From: an uncultured virus (IMG/VR IMGVR_UViG_3300021197_001080)
Lineage: Duplodnaviria; Heunggongvirae; Uroviricota; Caudoviricetes
Virus record (IMG/VR): IMGVR_UViG_3300021197_001080
DNA: 20,000 bases
Strand: one strand, 5' to 3'
Shown here: positions 16,653-20,000 of the stretch, one piece after another
Layout: each line of letters starts with the position of its first letter
Numbering within the stretch: the stretch's first letter is position 1
The notes under the pieces: model-generated
Told to the model about the DNA's origin: nothing
The model's input: only the letters and a program-made list of their open reading frames with translations
Databases searched by the model: none
Program-made: the position numbers and the translations under genes

Positions 16653-16870
16653 TCTTCCACCAACCTTGTTTGGATTCCTTTCCAAAGGTCATAGGCTTTT
16701 TTCTTTTCCGGGATGCTATCTAATAGCATTGTAATAATGCTATGCAGGAATTGGAGTTCGCTGACTAAATAGCGGTCATCCATTTCTTCCCTAAACAAGT
16801 CTCCGTTTTCAGTAACATCTATCATATTCGTTAGAATACTCTCATATAATTCAATATCATTCATTTTCAT
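16649..16870 (-). CDS. Hypothetical acidic helical protein
   Basis: ORF in the operon; ATG at 16870 or 16864. Confidence 0.65.
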   Translation of the reverse strand: MKMNDIELYESILTNMIDVTENGDLFREEMDDRYLVSELQFLHSIITMLLDSIPEKKKAYDLWKGIQTRLVEE

Positions 16871-16943
16871 CACACTCACATAATTTTTTTATTCTATAGA
16901 ACAAACCACATGCCTCGCAAGGGATTGCCGTTGCTCCACACAT
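16857..16943 (-). CDS. 28-aa Cys-rich microprotein (not in ORF track)
   Basis: MCGATAIPCEACGLFYRIKKLCECDENE; TAATG overlap with the groES stop. Confidence 0.5.
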   Translation of the reverse strand: MCGATAIPCEACGLFYRIKKLCECDENE

Positions 16944-17167
16944 TAGTCATCACCTACAACTGCTAGAACTGCGTCATAAGGAATGAAGAGATAATTATCA
17001 AACTCTTCATATCGCCCCTTGGACGACCAAATGACTTTCTTGCCGACAATAGAATCATCAGCATCACAAGAAACACAAACACCTTCATTACGGTGCATGG
17101 AAATAATCCCGCTTGCCGACTTCCTCTGTTCAATTTCAACAATTACCCAATTACCTACTGCTTTCAT
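16943..17167 (-). CDS. groES: Co-chaperonin GroES-like
   Basis: MKAVGNWVIVE...KSASGII mobile loop, VGKKVIW, YLFIPYDAVLAVV; GGTGA RBS before ATG 17167. Confidence 0.85.
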   Translation of the reverse strand: MKAVGNWVIVEIEQRKSASGIISMHRNEGVCVSCDADDSIVGKKVIWSSKGRYEEFDNYLFIPYDAVLAVVGDD

Positions 17168-17168
17168 A

Positions 17169-17270
17169 TTATTCACCACTAATCGGGGATTTCGGGTTCA
17201 TTCTTTGACTCCGACAATTACTACCAAAGCCGGTAGAGTATAAAAGAGATTCATATTCAATGTCAACCAT
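17169..17270 (-). CDS. Possible 33-aa microprotein (not in ORF track)
   Basis: MVDIEYESLLYSTGFGSNCRSQRMNPKSPISGE; TGATG overlap with the JAB stop; ends 1 nt before groES. Confidence 0.4.
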   Translation of the reverse strand: MVDIEYESLLYSTGFGSNCRSQRMNPKSPISGE

Positions 17271-17782
17271 CACTCTTGCTCACCCCAAGTTTGGGTTCTA
17301 ATGAGTTCGCCACCTTCAAAAATTTGAAGTTGTTTAGGAGCCTTACTCTCCCAATACCCAAAGTGGTCAAGCCCACCAAGAACATACGCTTCCTTCATCC
17401 TAGGCTCCCAAATAGAAACGGTACGGATGTCCGTACCGCTAAAGTAGGCGGCTCCAAAGGGATGGGTATGAATCCAACACTTGATTGGTAACTTCATCCC
17501 AACAGGATTAATTTGGAAATCAACAAAGCCCGCTGAACCTGTAGAAACATGAGCAACATCATTGTCGTCAATCACAACTTGCACTTCAAGACTAGGAAGA
17601 ATCATCGTTGATGCTTCCCATATTGCAGAATGGAAGGTTACGCTTGCAGAGGGGGAATCGTGTTGTTCAACAACAAAATCCCAAGCCTTCTTGACGAAGT
17701 TAACCGCTTGTTCTCTTTTTTTAGCCATTTCTTTAATTAATTTTTCTTCTTGCATCATATACCACTCATTGCTTTTACTCAT
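17270..17782 (-). CDS. JAB/MPN+ (JAMM) metallopeptidase
   Basis: Upstream Glu (LEVQVV) and WIHTHPFGAAYFSGTD = HxH-x7-S-xx-D JAMM motif. Confidence 0.88.
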   Translation of the reverse strand: MSKSNEWYMMQEEKLIKEMAKKREQAVNFVKKAWDFVVEQHDSPSASVTFHSAIWEASTMILPSLEVQVVIDDNDVAHVSTGSAGFVDFQINPVGMKLPIKCWIHTHPFGAAYFSGTDIRTVSIWEPRMKEAYVLGGLDHFGYWESKAPKQLQIFEGGELIRTQTWGEQE

Positions 17783-18057
17783 ATTTTTTCCTCCTGTTCA
17801 AAAATAGCAAACCCGCCTGTTGCTTTGGGCAGGGGGTTTTTTGTTAGTTCTGCTTGTACTCCACAAACAACACACCAATAACGGATGGCGAACCGTGACT
17901 TAACATCGGAAACAGGTTGTGCCGTTAGTGGGTCAACTTCCCATGTTCCTTGAATACCGCCAAAACAACTACAGTTTTTAGTAATCCTGCCCTTTCTCCT
18001 TTTCTCTTGAAGTCTTTTCATTCTATCAAAGTTTCCTTTTCTAATACTATCTTTCAT
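17779..18057 (-). CDS. Zn-ribbon protein with basic N-terminus
   Basis: CSCFGG...YWCVVCG; start MKDSIRK by ATGA overlap with GGAGG upstream. Confidence 0.7.
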   Translation of the reverse strand: MKDSIRKGNFDRMKRLQEKRRKGRITKNCSCFGGIQGTWEVDPLTAQPVSDVKSRFAIRYWCVVCGVQAELTKNPLPKATGGFAIFEQEEKI

Positions 18058-18293
18058 TTCTTCGCCTCCTCGTATGCCGTGGTTAGTTTGTAGAAGTAGT
18101 GAGGGTGAGTGTTCTTGACCCAAGTAATGAAATCAAGGAGAAGTGGTGCGTCTGCGATGAGTCGTGCGTTTGGATAAGAATTGGTTGCCGCTATTTCTTC
18201 ACCGTTAGAATCCTTCACAGTGATAGCACCTTTTCGTGCACCTACCGTCCATTCACCTTCTGTATGTCCTTCATAGGTATTTGGGTCAATCAT
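18054..18293 (-). CDS. MIDT-family paralog 4 (Ead/Ea22-like motifs)
   Basis: MIDPNTYEGHTEGEW...NARLIADAPLLL. Confidence 0.75.
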   Translation of the reverse strand: MIDPNTYEGHTEGEWTVGARKGAITVKDSNGEEIAATNSYPNARLIADAPLLLDFITWVKNTHPHYFYKLTTAYEEAKK

Positions 18294-18294
18294 T

Positions 18295-18618
18295 CTACTC
18301 ACTCCTAAACAACCACAAACTGAACAAATCCTCGTCAAGTTTGCTGAACAAATCATCTCTACTGAGGTCGTGTTCACCAACATGGCGAACCGCAGTTATG
18401 AACGCTTCACGCAATCGCTTAACTTCTGCGAGGAGAAGTGGTGCGTCTGCTATGAGTTGTGCGTCTGCTGTTTGACTTGGGTTGAGTCCTCTCGCTATGC
18501 TTTTCACCCATGTTGGTGTTTCTGCATCTTCAACGGCAGAAATAGATGGGCGACCTTTGTGTTCACCCATTATCCATTTGCCTTCTGTGTGTCCTTCGTA
18601 TTTGTCTGTGTCAATCAT
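18295..18618 (-). CDS. MIDT-family paralog 3 (Ead/Ea22-like motifs)
   Basis: MIDTDKYEGHTEGKW...DAQLIADAPLLLAEVKRLRE. Confidence 0.8.
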   Translation of the reverse strand: MIDTDKYEGHTEGKWIMGEHKGRPSISAVEDAETPTWVKSIARGLNPSQTADAQLIADAPLLLAEVKRLREAFITAVRHVGEHDLSRDDLFSKLDEDLFSLWLFRSE

Positions 18619-18902
18619 TCAATCGCCTCCCAAAACGCTTTTACAAATGACGAGCCAAAGTGCTTGTTGAGAAGTTCTGCGGTAGCGTCATGTAGTCGCT
18701 CATACTTTTCACGCAACTCCTTGACTTCCTCAAGGAGAAGTGGTGCGTCTTGCATGAGAAGTGAGTCTATATCACACCTGTCATAACAAGGCACACTTGC
18801 TATTTTCTGACTATTACTATTAATGATACTATATGTGGTTTGGTTCACCTTACGCCTCCAAGGTTTAGGTGAATGCCCTTCGTATGTATTTGTGTCAATC
18901 AT
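18615..18902 (-). CDS. MIDT-family paralog 2 (Ead/Ea22-like motifs)
   Basis: MIDTNTYEGHSPKPW...LMQDAPLLLEEVKELRE. Confidence 0.8.
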   Translation of the reverse strand: MIDTNTYEGHSPKPWRRKVNQTTYSIINSNSQKIASVPCYDRCDIDSLLMQDAPLLLEEVKELREKYERLHDATAELLNKHFGSSFVKAFWEAIE

Positions 18903-19102
18903 CCAATCATCTCCTTTAGTTTATCAGTCTGTTCTTTTACATCTCTATCATATTTAGAAGCCAAGTGGTGAATCACTTCTTTAATGCCTTTACGCAACCG
19001 CATGACTTCTGCGAGTAGTGTAAGTGCCATCATATTGTTCCTCCCATCAAGCCTATATGTTTCGTCTTTGAGCATACGCTCGTATTTGTCTGTGTCAATC
19101 AT
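18899..19102 (-). CDS. MIDT-family paralog 1 (short variant)
   Basis: MIDTDKYE...LLAEVMRLRK. Confidence 0.75.
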   Translation of the reverse strand: MIDTDKYERMLKDETYRLDGRNNMMALTLLAEVMRLRKGIKEVIHHLASKYDRDVKEQTDKLKEMIG

Positions 19103-19353
19103 TCTTCTTCCCTCATTTTCTTGAAATATTCCATTGATTGAATCCGTGCTTTACGCATACCAAAGGCAGTCGTAATGATACTTTGCACCGTATGAATATG
19201 GTGTTCATCAAGTCCGGTCATTGCTCCGTGGATACGAATGGCGGTCACAAAGTCATTACAACTGATGCAGACTCTACCATTCGTTTGGAAAGGATACGGA
19301 TTGTTGGATTGATAGTTCTCCATTTCTTCTGCACAAAAAGCACATTCCATCAT
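19099..19353 (-). CDS. Zn-finger protein
   Basis: CAFC...NNPYP...VCISCN. Confidence 0.72.
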   Translation of the reverse strand: MMECAFCAEEMENYQSNNPYPFQTNGRVCISCNDFVTAIRIHGAMTGLDEHHIHTVQSIITTAFGMRKARIQSMEYFKKMREEE

Positions 19354-19901
19354 ACATTCACCAACCCAAAACCGTTGACTTCTTCATCATTAAACCAACG
19401 CTGAATCCACTCAGCACCCATCCCTGCAATAGCAACCTGCATGAAATGTACTCCTTTATTGGAACCATCCCAAGTGTTGCCTTGACAAGAAAAAGAACCA
19501 TCGGGGCCTGCCAGCATAGTGTCATACATAGACGGGTCGGCCTTGTAGGATACATAGGCGGCGTTCCTTGCTTGGGAGCGAAGGTCTAACCACTCTATGT
19601 TTGAACGATATAGCATCCTTCGTGCAGATAGATTATCCACACAACATACTACCAAATCATATCCGTGTATCTGCCCGTCTGTTAGAATAGGGAATTTACT
19701 CGGACTGATGGGATACCTCTTTTGTAGGGCCATCACTTTCAATTCACCCACTTCATCTTCCGTGAAGTTTTGGTAAGGTAGGTTCTTTGTATCTACGGTG
19801 TCGGGGTCACTTACGCTAATCTTGTAAAGGCCCGTCTTATCTAATAGTGGGATTAGAAAACTTCCAATTCCACCTGCTCCTATAATTAATATTTTTCTCA
19901 T
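19350..19901 (-). CDS. ThiF/MoeB/E1-like adenylyltransferase
   Basis: ILIIGAGGIGS Rossmann motif, DPDTVDTKNLPYQNF, K in ELKV, VDNLSARR, candidate catalytic Cys in FSCQ; GAGGAGG RBS before ATG 19901. Confidence 0.9.
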   Translation of the reverse strand: MRKILIIGAGGIGSFLIPLLDKTGLYKISVSDPDTVDTKNLPYQNFTEDEVGELKVMALQKRYPISPSKFPILTDGQIHGYDLVVCCVDNLSARRMLYRSNIEWLDLRSQARNAAYVSYKADPSMYDTMLAGPDGSFSCQGNTWDGSNKGVHFMQVAIAGMGAEWIQRWFNDEEVNGFGLVNV

Positions 19902-20000
19902 ATTTATTCCTCCTCTTTTATCCATTCAAATTTTAATTTGTGTTTGTTGTTTTCTTTTACTAATTTAACCGTCAGTTCCGGTTTTTTTTCATCTCTCTTT

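Larger units (their letters stand above)
18136..19104. repeat. Dispersed direct repeats within the MIDT paralog array
   Basis: 18-mer aggagaagtggtgcgtct identical at 18136, 18431 and 18733; 25-mer tcgtatttgtctgtgtcaatcattc identical at 18596 and 19080. Confidence 0.85.

Noticed and set aside
18054..19104. CRISPR array or DGR template/variable repeats
   Set aside because: The repeats are coding, irregularly spaced at about 300-480 nt, show no adenine-specific variation, and no reverse transcriptase is present in the window
403..19404. All plus-strand ORFs in the track (e.g. 7854..8690, 6192..6722, 2689..3144, 14930..15379)
   Set aside because: They are antisense shadows of well-supported, tightly coupled minus-strand genes and have no recognisable motifs
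19350..19901. Thiamine or molybdopterin biosynthesis role for the ThiF protein
   Set aside because: No thiS/moaD/thiG or other cofactor genes in the window, and the CxxC Zn motifs typical of ThiF/MoeB are absent; not fully excluded because the upstream sequence is not visible

Overview
Gene-dense, single-strand (all genes on minus) segment of a tailed dsDNA archaeal virus. It is most consistent with a magrovirus-like virus of marine Group II Euryarchaeota (Poseidoniales); this assignment is inferred from gene content and GGTGA-type ribosome-binding sites. Read in the direction of transcription (right to left), it encodes: a ThiF/E1-like enzyme; a tandem array of four paralogous 'MIDT..YEGH' small genes; a JAB/MPN peptidase; GroES and a group I GroEL-like chaperonin; a PC4-like protein; a probable histone-fold protein; an ATP-dependent DNA ligase; a degenerate LAGLIDADG protein; RFC large-like and small clamp-loader subunits; an RPA-like ssDNA-binding protein; a RecA/AAA-type ATPase; a sliding clamp; a family B DNA polymerase split into two genes separated by four ORFs (one an HNH endonuclease); and a Cas4-like nuclease. 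The most notable observations are a candidate viral ubiquitin-like (E1 + JAB) system next to the chaperonin, the split PolB with altered motifs B and C, a histone-fold protein, a repeat-bounded paralog cassette array, and a structured intergenic RNA candidate. All assignments come from motifs read by eye; no database search was run.
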